DNA of 64,000 nt from an uncultured Actinomycetes bacterium (GTDB lineage: Bacteria; Actinomycetota; Thermoleophilia; Gaiellales; JAICJC01), in assembly GCA_963717845.1 (NCBI GenBank), contig CAVQXH010000001.1, positions 1,264,942 to 1,328,941 on the forward strand, written 5' to 3'. The notes below the pieces were generated by a model. The model searched no databases. It was given only the letters and a program-made list of their open reading frames with translations, and was not told the origin of the DNA. Positions 10,252 to 21,572 of this stretch are shown here, in pieces. Positions within the stretch are counted from its first letter, which is position 1. Each line of letters starts with the position of its first letter. A program made the position numbers and the translations under genes.

Positions 10252-11146
10252 CACCCTGTCCCATCTGCACGAAGCCTCCGGCAAGGTGCGCGAGCTGTAC
10301 GGCTTCGGCGACCGGCTGCTGCTCGTCGCCTCCGACCGCATCTCCGCGTTCGACGTCGTGCTGCCGACTCCGATCCCGGACAAGGGCAGGGTGCTGACGG
10401 CGCTCTCGCGGTTCTGGTTCGAGCGCACCGCCGACCTGGTGCCGAACCACATGATCAGCATCGACGTCGCCGACTTCCCGGCCGAGGCCCGCGAGCTCCC
10501 CGACCTGGCCGGCCGGTCGATGCTCGCGAACCGGCTCGTGATGATGCCCATCGAGTGCGTCGTGCGCGGCTACCTGGTCGGGTCGGGCTGGAAGGACTAT
10601 CGCGCCACCGGGTCGGTGTGCGGCCACGCCCTGCCGAGCGGCCTGCGCGAGGCCGACCGCCTGCCCGAGCCGCTCTTCACGCCGTCGACGAAGGCGACCG
10701 AGGGGCACGACACGAACATCGATCGCGCCGGCGGCGTGGCGCTCGTCGGCGAGGAGCGGTTCGCGCGCCTCGAGCAGCTCTCGATCGAGCTCTACCGCAC
10801 GGCCGCCGACTACGCCCTCGAGCGCGGCATCATCATCGCCGACACCAAGTTCGAGTTCGGCGAGGACGCGCAGGGCCGGCTCGTGGTCGGCGACGAGGTG
10901 CTGACGCCGGACTCGTCCCGGTTCTGGCCCGTCGACGAGTACGCGCCCGGCAGCTCGCCGCCGTCCTACGACAAGCAGTACGTGCGCAACTGGCTCGAGA
11001 CGCTCGACTGGGACAAGACCCCGCCCGGCCCCGAGATCCCGGCCGACGTCGTCGCGGGCACGCGCGCCCGCTACGTGGAGGCCTACGAGCGGCTCACCGG
11101 CGAGCCCTTCCAGGCGTACCTGGACGCGACCCGGAGCGGCTCGTGA
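10238..11146 (+). CDS. purC: SAICAR synthetase
   Basis: GKVRELY...LLLVASDRISAFD...IIADTKFEFG and the C-terminal YERLTG match the long-form PurC. Confidence 0.95.
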   Translation: MPMPDTLSHLHEASGKVRELYGFGDRLLLVASDRISAFDVVLPTPIPDKGRVLTALSRFWFERTADLVPNHMISIDVADFPAEARELPDLAGRSMLANRLVMMPIECVVRGYLVGSGWKDYRATGSVCGHALPSGLREADRLPEPLFTPSTKATEGHDTNIDRAGGVALVGEERFARLEQLSIELYRTAADYALERGIIIADTKFEFGEDAQGRLVVGDEVLTPDSSRFWPVDEYAPGSSPPSYDKQYVRNWLETLDWDKTPPGPEIPADVVAGTRARYVEAYERLTGEPFQAYLDATRSGS

Positions 11147-11390
11147 AGGTGACGGTGACGGTGCGCCCCCGGGCCGGCATCCTCGACCCCCAGGGCGAGG
11201 CGCTGCGGCGCTCGCTGCAGGGGCTCGGGTACGCCGCGGCCGACGTGCGCGCGGGCAAGGTGTTCGACCTCGAGCTGGAGGCGGCCGACGAGCGTGAGGC
11301 CCTGCGGCTGGCCGGCCGGATCGCGGAGCAGGTGCTCTCGAACCCCCTGATCGAGGAGTTCGAGGTGCACGCGCACGCGGAGGTGCGCGC

Positions 11391-11394
<4 letters not shown>
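11143..11394 (+). CDS. purS: FGAM synthase subunit PurS
   Basis: The GTGA start overlaps the purC stop. The sequence VKVTVTVRPRAGILDPQGEALRRSLQGLGY...NPLIEEFEV is typical PurS. Confidence 0.9.
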
Positions 11395-12068
<674 letters not shown>

Positions 12069-12077
12069 GATGCGGCG

Positions 12078-14252
12078 GTGAGCGCAGTCACGCCGACGCC
12101 GCTGCACCGCTCCCTCGGCCTGACCGACGCCGAGTTCGAGCGCATCGGCGAGCTCCTCGAGCGCGAGCCGAACGACTTCGAGCTCGCGGTGTTCTCGCTG
12201 CTCTGGAGCGAGCACTGCGCCTACAAGCACTCGCGCGCGCTGCTCGCCGGCCTGCCCACGGAGGGCGAGCGGGTGCTGCAGGGCCCGGGCGAGAACGCCG
12301 GCGTGATCGACGTCGGCGACGGCCTCGCGGTCGCGCTCAAGGTCGAGAGCCACAACCACCCCTCCGCCGTCGAGCCGTTCCAGGGCGCGGCCACCGGTGT
12401 CGGCGGGATCCTGCGCGACATCTTCGCGATGGGCGCGCGCCCGATCGCCATCCTCGACTCGCTCCGCTTCGGCGAGCTCGACTCCGAGCGCCAGCGGCAC
12501 CTGTTCGCCCGCGTCGTCGAGGGCGTCGGCCACTACGGCAACTGCGTCGGCGTGGCCAACGTCGGCGGCGAGGTCGAGTTCGAGCCGGCGTACGCCCAGA
12601 ACTGCCTCGTGAACGCGATGTGCGTCGGGGTGCTACCGGTTGGGGGGCTGCAGTCCGCCGGCGCGAACGGCCCCGGCAACATGCTCGTCCTGTACGGGTC
12701 GAAGACCGGGCGCGACGGCATCGGCGGGGCGAGCGTGCTGGCCTCACAGGGCTTCGACGAGGGCTCCGAGGCCAAGCGCCCGAGCGTCCAGATCGGCGAC
12801 CCGTTCACCGGCAAGAAGCTGATCGAGTGCACCCTCGCGCTGCTCGAAGCGGGTCTCGTCGTCTCGCTGCAGGACCTGGGCGCCGCCGGCCTGGCGTCGT
12901 CGACGTCCGAGATGGCGTCCGCCGGGGGGGTCGGGCTCGATGTCGACCTCTCGGCCGTGACCGTCCGCGAGCCGGGCATGGAGCCGTTCGAGATCATGAT
13001 CTCCGAGTCGCAGGAGCGGATGGCCGCGATCGTCGAGCCGGGATCGTGGCCGCAGGTCGAGGCGGTCTGCCGCCGGTTCGAGGTCGATGCGACCGTGATC
13101 GGCGAGGTGACCGAGACCGGCCACCTGCGTGCCTTCTACGACGGTGAGCTCGTGGGCGACATCCCGGTGGCGACCCTCACCGACGACGCCCCCCGCTACG
13201 AGGTCGACCGTGCCCGCCCCGCCCGGCTGGCCGACGAGCCGGTGGCGGCGCCCGACTCCGACGTCGCCCCCGATGCGGCCCTGCGCGCGCTGCTCGGGGC
13301 GCCGGGCAGCGGCAGCCGGGGCTGGGTGACGCGGCAGTACGACCAGCTGGTCGGCTCCGGCACGGTGGTGCGGCCGGGCGGCGACGCGGCGGTGGTGCGC
13401 CTGACGCCCTCGCGGCGGGCGATCGCCATCTCGCTCGACGGCAACGGCCGGCGCACGTGGCTCGACCCGCGCCGGGGCGGCATGAGCGCCGTCTGCGAGG
13501 CCGCCCGCAACGTCGCGTGCACGGGCGCCCGCCCCGCAGCGGTCACGAACTGCCTCAACTTCGGAAACCCGGAGGATCCCGAGATCGGCTACGAGCTGGC
13601 CGAGGCGATCGCAGGCATGGCGGACGCGTGCACGGCGCTCGGCCTGCCGGTCGTCTCGGGCAACGTCTCGCTCTACAACGAGCACGACGGCCGCCCGATC
13701 CTGCCGACGCCGGTCGTCGGCGTGGTCGGCGTCCTCGCCGATGCCGACCTGGCCGTGCGGATCGGATTTCAGGAGGCGGGCGATGTGGTCCTCCTCGCGG
13801 GCGCCGGTATGAGCGCGGTGGACGGCTCGGACTACCAGAAGCTGATCCTGGGCGAGGTGGCCGGGCGCATCCCCGAGCCTGACCTCGAGCTCGAGCGGGC
13901 GCTGCACGCCTTCCTGGCCGCGGCGGCCGATCGCAAGCTGCTGCGCAGCGCCCACGACGTGGGCGGCGGCGGGCTGGCGATGGCCGTCGCCGAATCGGCG
14001 ATGGCCGGCGGCCTCGGCGTTCGCGTCGAGGAGGGCGGCGACCTGTTCGGCGAGGGCGACGGCCGGGTCGTCGTCTCGGCCCGACGGGCGGATGTCGCCG
14101 CGCTGCGCCGGCTCGCGTCCGGCCTGCCCCTGCGCCGGCTCGGCGCCGTCGGCGGCACCGAGATCGCCGTCGGGCCCGCCCGGATCTCTCTGGCCGACGC
14201 CGTCGCGGTCTACGAGGGCGCCCTGCCCGGCATCATGGACGGTGACGGCTGA
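12078..14252 (+). CDS. purL: FGAM synthase II (large subunit)
   Basis: 724 aa, with WSEHCAYKHS, ESHNHPSAVEPFQGAATGVGGILRD and SGNVSLYNE. Confidence 0.95.
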   Translation: MSAVTPTPLHRSLGLTDAEFERIGELLEREPNDFELAVFSLLWSEHCAYKHSRALLAGLPTEGERVLQGPGENAGVIDVGDGLAVALKVESHNHPSAVEPFQGAATGVGGILRDIFAMGARPIAILDSLRFGELDSERQRHLFARVVEGVGHYGNCVGVANVGGEVEFEPAYAQNCLVNAMCVGVLPVGGLQSAGANGPGNMLVLYGSKTGRDGIGGASVLASQGFDEGSEAKRPSVQIGDPFTGKKLIECTLALLEAGLVVSLQDLGAAGLASSTSEMASAGGVGLDVDLSAVTVREPGMEPFEIMISESQERMAAIVEPGSWPQVEAVCRRFEVDATVIGEVTETGHLRAFYDGELVGDIPVATLTDDAPRYEVDRARPARLADEPVAAPDSDVAPDAALRALLGAPGSGSRGWVTRQYDQLVGSGTVVRPGGDAAVVRLTPSRRAIAISLDGNGRRTWLDPRRGGMSAVCEAARNVACTGARPAAVTNCLNFGNPEDPEIGYELAEAIAGMADACTALGLPVVSGNVSLYNEHDGRPILPTPVVGVVGVLADADLAVRIGFQEAGDVVLLAGAGMSAVDGSDYQKLILGEVAGRIPEPDLELERALHAFLAAAADRKLLRSAHDVGGGGLAMAVAESAMAGGLGVRVEEGGDLFGEGDGRVVVSARRADVAALRRLASGLPLRRLGAVGGTEIAVGPARISLADAVAVYEGALPGIMDGDG

Positions 14253-15661
14253 TGTGCGGCGTCTTCGGCATCTACGCCCCGCCGGGCGATCCCGACCGCG
14301 ACGTCGCCCGGATGACCTTCTTCGGCCTCTTCGCGCTCCAGCACCGGGGCCAGGAGAGCGCCGGCATCGCGGTCTCCGACGGCGACCGGATCACGGCGAT
14401 GAAGGACATGGGCCTCGTCAGCCAGGTGTTCGACGAGCCGCGGCTCTCGGGCCTCGAAGGGCACATCGCGATCGGGCATGCGCGGTACTCGACCACCGGC
14501 TCGACGGTGTGGCAGAACGCGCAGCCCGTCGTCCGCCACGCCGGCGGGCGCACGATCGCCCTGGGGCACAACGGCAACCTGACGAACACGGCGGCCCTGC
14601 GCGAGGACCTGCACGCGCGCCGGGTGTCGATGCGCTCGACGTCCGACACCGAGGTGATGGCGGCGCTGATCGCCCAGCACGACTCCGGCGACCTGGGCGA
14701 CGCGGTCGCCGACGCGATGGGCCGCATCGAGGGCGCGTTCGCCGCGGTGGTCATGAGCGAGCGCGCCCTGGCCGGCTTCCGCGACCCGGACGGGATCCGG
14801 CCGCTCGTCGTCGGCCGCCTCGACGACGCGTGGGTGCTCGCGTCGGAGACCTGCGCCTTCGACCTGATCGGCGCCCGGGCCGAGCGCGAGCTCGCGCCGG
14901 GCGAGCTGGTGGTGATCGACGAGGGCGGCCCCCGCTATCGCCGCGTCGGCGACCGGCCCGGCTCGCTGTGCGTCTTCGAGTACATCTACTTCGCCCGGCC
15001 CGACTCGGTCATGGGCGGCCACGGCCTGCATGAGGTGCGGCGGGGCATGGGCGAGCGCCTCGCCGAGGAGGCGCCGGTCGCGGCCGACGTCGTGATCGGC
15101 GTGCCCGACTCGGGGACGCCGGCCGCGGTGGGCTACGCGAAGCGCAGCGGGATCCCGTTCGGCGAGGGGCTGGTCAAGAACCGCTACGTCGGACGCACGT
15201 TCATCCAGCCCGATCAGGCCCTGCGCGAGCGCGGCGTCAAGCTCAAGTTCAACGCGCTGCGGTCGGTGCTCGAGGGCCGCCGGGTCGTGGTGGTCGACGA
15301 CTCGATCGTGCGCGGCTCGACGACGCGCAAGCTCGTGCAGATGCTGTTCGAGGCGGGCGCCCGCGAGGTGCACCTGCGGGTGTCCTCGCCGCCGATCGTC
15401 TCGCCCTGCTTCTACGGCATCGACATGGCCGACCAGGACGAGCTGATCGCCGCCGGCCGCAGCGTCGAAGAGGTGCGTGAGCGGCTCGGGGCGACGTCGC
15501 TCGCCTACCTGTCGCTCGACGGCCTGGCGGCCGCCACCGGGCCGGCCGACGGCTTCTGCCGGGCCTGCCTGACCGGGGAGTACCCGACCGAGATCCCCGC
15601 CGACATGCGCCTGGCGAAGCTCCGGTTCGAGGCGGCGCCGGTGCCGGTGGAGATCCGGTGA
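14252..15661 (+). CDS. purF: Amidophosphoribosyltransferase
   Basis: The N-terminus MCGVFGI is the Ntn-Cys, and the PRTase motif VVVVDDSIVRGST is present. The start overlaps the purL stop. Confidence 0.95.
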   Translation: MCGVFGIYAPPGDPDRDVARMTFFGLFALQHRGQESAGIAVSDGDRITAMKDMGLVSQVFDEPRLSGLEGHIAIGHARYSTTGSTVWQNAQPVVRHAGGRTIALGHNGNLTNTAALREDLHARRVSMRSTSDTEVMAALIAQHDSGDLGDAVADAMGRIEGAFAAVVMSERALAGFRDPDGIRPLVVGRLDDAWVLASETCAFDLIGARAERELAPGELVVIDEGGPRYRRVGDRPGSLCVFEYIYFARPDSVMGGHGLHEVRRGMGERLAEEAPVAADVVIGVPDSGTPAAVGYAKRSGIPFGEGLVKNRYVGRTFIQPDQALRERGVKLKFNALRSVLEGRRVVVVDDSIVRGSTTRKLVQMLFEAGAREVHLRVSSPPIVSPCFYGIDMADQDELIAAGRSVEEVRERLGATSLAYLSLDGLAAATGPADGFCRACLTGEYPTEIPADMRLAKLRFEAAPVPVEIR

Positions 15662-16686
15662 GCGGCGATCGGCCGCCGCTGACATACGCCGGGTCGGGTG
15701 TGAGCCTCGATGCGTCCGGCGCCGTCGTCGAGCGGATCCGCTCGGCGGTCACGTCGACGCACGGCCGCGAGGTGCTCGGCGGCCACGGCGGCTTCGCCGG
15801 CCTCTTCACGCCGTCCGTCGGCGACCCGCTGATCGCCGCCGGCTGCGACGGGGTGGGGACGAAGGTGCTGCTCGGCGCCGCGGCCGGCCGCCACGCCGGC
15901 CTCGGCATCGACCTGGTGGCGATGAGCGTGAACGACGTGCTCACCTCGGGCTGCCGGCCCGCGTTCTTCATGGACGTGATCACGTGCGCCCAGATCGACG
16001 CCGACGTCGTCGCGGAGGTCGTGTCCGGCATCGCCGAGGGCTGCCGCCAGGCCGGCTGCGCCCTGCTCGGCGGCGAGACGGCCGAGCATCCCGACATGAT
16101 GCGGCCGGGCGAGTTCGACCTGGCCGGCTTCTGCGTCGCGATCGCCGAGCGGCGGGAGCTGGTCTCCGGCAGCCGCGTGCAGTCCGGCGACACCATCATC
16201 GGCCTGCCGTCCAGCGGGCCGCACGCCAACGGCTTCTCGCTCGTCCGCCGCCTGCTCGAGCGGGCGGGTACGGGCCTCGCCGACACGCCGGACGTGCTCG
16301 GCGGGGCGACCGTCGCCGATGCCCTGCTCGAGCCCACCCGCGTCTACGCCCGGCCGGTCGGCGAGCTCTGCCGCACGGTGGACGTGCGGGCGATGGCGCA
16401 CATCACCGGCGGCGGCATCCCGGGCAACCTCACCCGGCAGTTCCCGGAGGCGCTCGGCGCCGAGATCGACCTGGGATCGTGGCCGCGGCCGCCCGTGTTC
16501 GACTGGCTCGGATCGCTCGGGGTCGAGGAGGACGAGCTGCGCCGGGTCTTCAACCTCGGCCTCGGCTACGCGGCGGTGGTCGCGCCCGACGCCACGCCGG
16601 CCGCCCTCGCGGCGCTCGAGCGGGGCGGGTGCCCGAGCTTCGTCGCCGGCAGCGTCGCCGAGGGCGCGGGGGTGCGCTTCCGCTGA
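15658..16686 (+). CDS. purM: AIR synthetase
   Basis: YAGSGVSLDA...GGFAGLF...DGVGTK...DLVAMSVNDV...GGETAEHP. Confidence 0.95.
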   Translation: MSGDRPPLTYAGSGVSLDASGAVVERIRSAVTSTHGREVLGGHGGFAGLFTPSVGDPLIAAGCDGVGTKVLLGAAAGRHAGLGIDLVAMSVNDVLTSGCRPAFFMDVITCAQIDADVVAEVVSGIAEGCRQAGCALLGGETAEHPDMMRPGEFDLAGFCVAIAERRELVSGSRVQSGDTIIGLPSSGPHANGFSLVRRLLERAGTGLADTPDVLGGATVADALLEPTRVYARPVGELCRTVDVRAMAHITGGGIPGNLTRQFPEALGAEIDLGSWPRPPVFDWLGSLGVEEDELRRVFNLGLGYAAVVAPDATPAALAALERGGCPSFVAGSVAEGAGVRFR

Positions 16687-17252
16687 GAGTCGGCGTGCTC
16701 ATCTCCGGTGAGGGCACGAACCTGCAGGCGCTGCTCGACGCTCCCGACATCGACGTGGCCTGCGTCGTCTCGAGCCGTGCCGGCGCGGCTGGCCTCGATC
16801 GCGCCCTTCGGGCCGGCGTCCCGGCGCTGGCATCCTCCGAAGAGGCCGAGACGATCGCGTTCCTCGACGAGCACGGCGCCGGCCTCGTCGTGCTGGCCGG
16901 GTACATGCGCATCCTCTCGGCGGACTTCGTCGGCCGCTACTCGGGTCGCATCCTGAACGTGCACCCGGCGCTTCTGCCCGCATTTCCGGGCGCGACGGCC
17001 GTCGCAGACGCGATCGCGCACGGCGTCAAGGTCACCGGTGTGACGGTGCACCTGGTGGACGTGGACCACCAGGAGGTGGACAGCGGGCCGATCGTCCTGC
17101 AGGAGGCGCTGGCCGTTTCGTATGATGACACCGCCGCCGAGGTGATGGAGCGTCTTCACCGGATCGAGCACCGGTTGCTGCCGGAGGCGGTGCGGTTGTA
17201 CGGGGCGGGCAGGATCCACGTCGATGGACGGCGGGTGAGGGTGAGCAGATGA
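16683..17252 (+). CDS. purN: GAR formyltransferase (start uncertain: CTG at 16683 or GTG at 16695)
   Basis: (L)RVGVLISGEGTNLQALL...VVLAGYMRIL...ILNVHPALLPAFPG...VTGVTVHLVD. No in-frame ATG or GTG lies upstream of the conserved N-terminal strand. The CTG forms a CTGA overlap with the purM stop. Confidence 0.88.
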   Translation: MRVGVLISGEGTNLQALLDAPDIDVACVVSSRAGAAGLDRALRAGVPALASSEEAETIAFLDEHGAGLVVLAGYMRILSADFVGRYSGRILNVHPALLPAFPGATAVADAIAHGVKVTGVTVHLVDVDHQEVDSGPIVLQEALAVSYDDTAAEVMERLHRIEHRLLPEAVRLYGAGRIHVDGRRVRVSR

Positions 17253-18787
17253 AGATCAGACGGGCCCTGATATCGGTCAGTGACAAGAACGGCCTCTCGA
17301 CGTTCGCGCTCGGGCTGCATGCCCTCGGCGTGGAGCTGATCTCGACGTCGGGCACCGCGGCCTTCCTGGAGCAGGCGGGCGTCCCGGTGACGACGGTCGA
17401 GCAGGTGACGGGCTCGGCCGAGCTGCTCGGCGGCCGGGTGAAGACTCTGCACGCGTCGCTGCATGCGGCCATCCTCGCCCGGCGCGACCATCCCGACGAC
17501 ATGGCCTCGCTCGAGGCGGCCGGGATCGAGCCGATCGACCTCGTCGTCTGCAACCTGTACCCGTTCCGGTCGGTGGCGGCGCGCCGCGGCGTGTCCGAGG
17601 CCGAGGTGATCGCGAACATCGACATCGGCGGGCCGACGATGGTGCGGGCGGCGGCGAAGAACTTCCACTCCGTGGCCGTGGTCACCGAGCCCGACCGCTA
17701 CGGCTTCATGCTCGACGAGCTGAACTCCGACGGCGGCTCGCTCTCGCTCGACACCCGCCGCGACCTGGCCGGCGAGGCCTTTGCGCACGTGGCGTCCTAC
17801 GACTCGGCGGTCGCGGCCTGGTTCACCGACACCGAGCCCTTCCCCGACCGGCTCACGATCGACCTGGTCAAGGTCGGCGACCTGGCCTACGGCGAGAACC
17901 CCCACCAGCGGGCCGCGTTCTACCGTGAGGCCGGCGCCCGCCGGCACGTGCTCTCGCGCATCGACCAGGTCAGCGGCAAGCCGCTCTCGTTCAACAACCT
18001 CGCCGACCTGCAGGCGGCCCGCACGATCGCCGCCGCGTTCCAGCTTCCGGCCTGCGCGATCGTGAAGCACGCGAACCCGTGCGGCGTGGCGGTCGGCGCG
18101 ACGCTCGAGGAGGCCTACGCCCGCGCGCTCGCCGGCGATCCCCTGTCGGCGTTCGGCGCCGTGATCGCGGTCAACCGGCCGGTGACCGGCGCCCTCGCGG
18201 AGCGCATGATCGAGACGAAGGTCGATGTCCTCTTCGCGCCCGGATACGACGACGCCGCCCGCGAGACGCTCTCGTCGAAGCCGACCACGCGTGTCCTCGA
18301 AGACCGGGAGCGGCGCAAGACGAGCCCCGGCGAGCGCGACCTGCGGCGCGTGCTCGGAGGCGTGCTGATCCAGGATCGCGACAACGAGACCGAGGACCGG
18401 GCCGACATGCAGGTCGTGTCCGAGCAGGCGCCGGGCAAGCGCGAGTGGGAGGACATGCTGTTCGCGTGGCGCACCGTGCACTTCGTCCGCTCGAACGCGG
18501 TCGTGCTCGCCCGCGACCTGGCCGCGGTCGGGATCGGGGCGGGCCAGATGAGCCGCGTCGACGCGGTCAAGATGGCCGTCGCGAAGGCCGGCGAGCGGGC
18601 GCAGGGCGCGGTGCTCGCATCGGACGGCTTCTTCCCGTTCGCCGACGGGCCCGAGGCGGCCTTCGCCGCGGGCGTGCGTGCGATCGTGCAGCCGGGCGGC
18701 TCGGTGCGCGACGCCGACGTGATCGCCGCCGCGGACGCCGCCGGCGCCGCGATGGTCTTCACGGGCCGCCGCCACTTCCTGCACTAG
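17249..18787 (+). CDS. purH: Bifunctional AICAR transformylase / IMP cyclohydrolase
   Basis: RALISVSDKNGL...ISTSGTA..L...GRVKTLH...VVCNLYPF...GGPTMVRAAAKN; 512 aa. Confidence 0.95.
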   Translation: MKIRRALISVSDKNGLSTFALGLHALGVELISTSGTAAFLEQAGVPVTTVEQVTGSAELLGGRVKTLHASLHAAILARRDHPDDMASLEAAGIEPIDLVVCNLYPFRSVAARRGVSEAEVIANIDIGGPTMVRAAAKNFHSVAVVTEPDRYGFMLDELNSDGGSLSLDTRRDLAGEAFAHVASYDSAVAAWFTDTEPFPDRLTIDLVKVGDLAYGENPHQRAAFYREAGARRHVLSRIDQVSGKPLSFNNLADLQAARTIAAAFQLPACAIVKHANPCGVAVGATLEEAYARALAGDPLSAFGAVIAVNRPVTGALAERMIETKVDVLFAPGYDDAARETLSSKPTTRVLEDRERRKTSPGERDLRRVLGGVLIQDRDNETEDRADMQVVSEQAPGKREWEDMLFAWRTVHFVRSNAVVLARDLAAVGIGAGQMSRVDAVKMAVAKAGERAQGAVLASDGFFPFADGPEAAFAAGVRAIVQPGGSVRDADVIAAADAAGAAMVFTGRRHFLH

Positions 18788-20369
18788 CGGTGACGGGCGG
18801 TGCGAGCTGGGGGAAGAAGTGCCAGGCGACGTCCCTGAGCACTTCGATGATGAGTTGTGGTGTGAGCTCGGTATCGGGGTCGTCGAGCTGTGGCGGCAGC
18901 GTGGCTCCGAGGGCGCGTGCCTTCTCGATCAGGGCCGGGCCGGCGGCCTTGCCGAGGTGGCTGAGAGCCTGGCCGAGGATCTGGTAGTCGAGCGCCCAGT
19001 CGGGGAGGGGAGGCGCTTCGACGGTGATCCAGGTGTCGGGGTTGCGGGGTGCCCGGCGGGTGAAGAGGTGGTCGAAGGTACGTGCATGGGCGTCGCGCTG
19101 GGTGAGCGGGTCACCCAGGCCCCACGTCTTTCGCAGCGTGGCGATCAGCGAGGTATGGCGGTACTCCTCGTTGTACACCGAGCCTTGTTCGACCCACGGC
19201 GAGACCATGATGGCCGGGACGCGGTAGCCGGAGCGGTCGAACGTGAACCCGAACTCGCCGGGCGGTGCCGCCGGATCGGGCGGCGGGACGGGGCCGGGAG
19301 GGACGTGATCGTAGGTTCCGCCCGGCTCATCCCACCCGATCAGAAGCGCCGTGTTCCAGACGTTCGGGCCCGACGCGGACGTGGCCGAGCGGTAGCTGTC
19401 GTAGACGCGGGCGAGGAACGCCTCCCCGCCCAGGATCGACGACGGCGCGTCGATCCCGAGGTCGATGCCGTTGCCGAGCAGGGCGCGGCCCGCGGCCGGG
19501 TGGTAGTCGCCGTGTCCGGTGAGCATGTTCGGCTCGATCAGCGCGAAGTCCGGGAGCGTTCCGGCGGCGGCGTCACGCTCGAACTCGGCGAACGGCACGA
19601 AGTGGGTCGCCAGCCGGTGCTTCAGCCTGGGGTAGTGGATGACGCCGGTGAACGACAGCGGCATCGGCTCATCGACATACACCTTCCACGTCTTGCCGTG
19701 CTGCTCCAGCCGCTCGAAGAGGGTCTCGGCAGTGTTCTGCTCGAGCCACTTCTTGGCCGGGGAGTTCACGACCAGGCCCGACGACGTCGCCGCCGTCCAG
19801 AACGAGCGGTTCATGAACGTCTGTGAGGGCACCTCGCAGAACCAGTGGTCGAACACGCCGAAATCTCGCGCGATCCCCGCCAGCACCGGCACCTGCTCGG
19901 GCGTGTACCCGGTCATGATGTGGGCATACTCGTCGGCGGTCGGCTGGCGACCCACCTCAGCGGTGAACGTGCTGATGTAGTCGGTGACGAAGCCGTCCAT
20001 CGTCGGCTGCGCACCCGGCGGCGGCACGTTCCAGGGCGCTGCCATGCCCGTGTCCTGGTTGAGCTTGAAGCGATTGTGCTCATCCAGCGTGCCGTAGAGC
20101 TGCGTGTTCGTGTGGTACCACTCCTCGCCCGAATCCGGGTTCGGCGAGTCCATGTCCGTCGCGACCGTGTACGGCACGACCTTGCGATCCGCGCCGTGCT
20201 CGGCCCACTCCGGAATCGGGTTGGAGAGGTCCTTCCCGATCACACCCTCGAACGTCTTGCCATCCGCAGGCCCGTACAGCCGCCCGAGCAGGTTGTCCAG
20301 CGACCGGTTCTCGAACAGCACCACGACCACATGATCCAGCGCATTCGCGCGAGTCGCCGCGCCAGACAT
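18759..20369 (-). CDS. Phosphoesterase-family protein (phospholipase C / acid phosphatase family); no signal peptide seen
   Basis: 536 aa. HVVVVLFENRSLDNLLG is the family hallmark at the N-terminus. The gene is convergent with purH and overlaps its end by 29 nt. Confidence 0.8.
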   Translation of the reverse strand: MSGAATRANALDHVVVVLFENRSLDNLLGRLYGPADGKTFEGVIGKDLSNPIPEWAEHGADRKVVPYTVATDMDSPNPDSGEEWYHTNTQLYGTLDEHNRFKLNQDTGMAAPWNVPPPGAQPTMDGFVTDYISTFTAEVGRQPTADEYAHIMTGYTPEQVPVLAGIARDFGVFDHWFCEVPSQTFMNRSFWTAATSSGLVVNSPAKKWLEQNTAETLFERLEQHGKTWKVYVDEPMPLSFTGVIHYPRLKHRLATHFVPFAEFERDAAAGTLPDFALIEPNMLTGHGDYHPAAGRALLGNGIDLGIDAPSSILGGEAFLARVYDSYRSATSASGPNVWNTALLIGWDEPGGTYDHVPPGPVPPPDPAAPPGEFGFTFDRSGYRVPAIMVSPWVEQGSVYNEEYRHTSLIATLRKTWGLGDPLTQRDAHARTFDHLFTRRAPRNPDTWITVEAPPLPDWALDYQILGQALSHLGKAAGPALIEKARALGATLPPQLDDPDTELTPQLIIEVLRDVAWHFFPQLAPPVTASAGSGGGP

Positions 20370-20534
20370 CTCAAACTCCGATCAGTTCGACACCATCGAC
20401 GCTGCCCCGATCAGCCGTCGGGGCGGCCCACTCAGACCGGGAGCGTCGGCCGGACAAAGGCGGCCTGTGTCATCCGATCCGGATGATCGCCCGCACGGTC
20501 GCGCAAGGGCACGTCCCCGAGCGAACGGTCGGCG

Positions 20535-21563
20535 CTACTGCTCGGCGAGCAGGCGCGCGTACGCGCGCTCGTAGTCGGCCACCATGCGCTTCGCCGAGAA
20601 GCTCTCGTCCGCGACCGCGCGCGCCTCGAGGGGGTCGAGCGCGAGCAGCTCGGGGATGCATGCGGCCATCTCGTCGATGGTGTCGACGACGAGGCCGCTG
20701 CGGCCGTGCTCGACCACCTCGGGGACGGCGCCGAGGCGGGTGGCGAGCACCGGCGTCCCGCACGCCATCGACTCCACCATGACCAGGCCGAACGGCTCGG
20801 GCCACTGGATCGGGAACACCGTCCCGGCGGCCTTCTGCAGAAGCTCGACCTTGTCGTTGTGCGACACCTCGCCGACGTACTCGATGCCGTTGCCGAGGTA
20901 CGGCCGCACGGCCGCGTCGAAGTACTCGTGCTCGATCGGGTCGTGGATCTTCCCGGCCAGCCGCAGCGGCATGCCCGATTCGCGCGCGACCCGCACCGCG
21001 TTTCCGGCCCCCTTGTCCGGCGACATGCGGCCCAGGAAGAGCAGGTAGCCGTCGTTGCCCGGGTGGATGGGGTAGCTGTCCAGGTCGATCGCGTTGTGAC
21101 AGGTGGCAAGCCAGTTCAGCTCGGGCCGGGGGCTGCGCTGGTTCTCCGACAGCGACACCAGCCGCACCCGCGGCGAGACCCGCGCGATCTGGGCGTACAC
21201 GAGCCCGGGCTCGCCCGTGAGCGGTCCGTGGACGGTGTGGCAGAACGGCGTCGAGATCGCCTGCCCGAGCGCGCATGCCAGCGGGCCGGAGTGGTCGTGC
21301 ACCACGTCGTAGTCGCCGGCCTCCTCGAGGCAGGTGAGGGTGTGGTGCAGGTCGGGCATCGACATCCCGATGCGGTAGGAGGGCGGCTCGTCGTATGTGG
21401 TCACGAGCCGCGCCTTCGTCTGCGAGTCGCCGGCCGCGTACAGCGCGACGTCGTGGCCGTGGTCGACGAGGCCGTCGGCCAGGATCGAGACCACCCACTC
21501 GATGCCGCCGTAGCGCACCGGCGGAACCGCGAACCAGGCCGGGGCCAGCAGGGCGATCCTCAC
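20535..21563 (-). CDS. Glycosyltransferase family 4 (GT-B, group 1)
   Basis: MRIALLAP...PPVRYGGIEWVV is a GT4 N-terminus. The C-terminal E..G.V..E region (PEPFGLVMVESMACGTPVLA) is also present. Confidence 0.85.
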   Translation of the reverse strand: MRIALLAPAWFAVPPVRYGGIEWVVSILADGLVDHGHDVALYAAGDSQTKARLVTTYDEPPSYRIGMSMPDLHHTLTCLEEAGDYDVVHDHSGPLACALGQAISTPFCHTVHGPLTGEPGLVYAQIARVSPRVRLVSLSENQRSPRPELNWLATCHNAIDLDSYPIHPGNDGYLLFLGRMSPDKGAGNAVRVARESGMPLRLAGKIHDPIEHEYFDAAVRPYLGNGIEYVGEVSHNDKVELLQKAAGTVFPIQWPEPFGLVMVESMACGTPVLATRLGAVPEVVEHGRSGLVVDTIDEMAACIPELLALDPLEARAVADESFSAKRMVADYERAYARLLAEQ

Positions 21564-21572
21564 GATCCGATG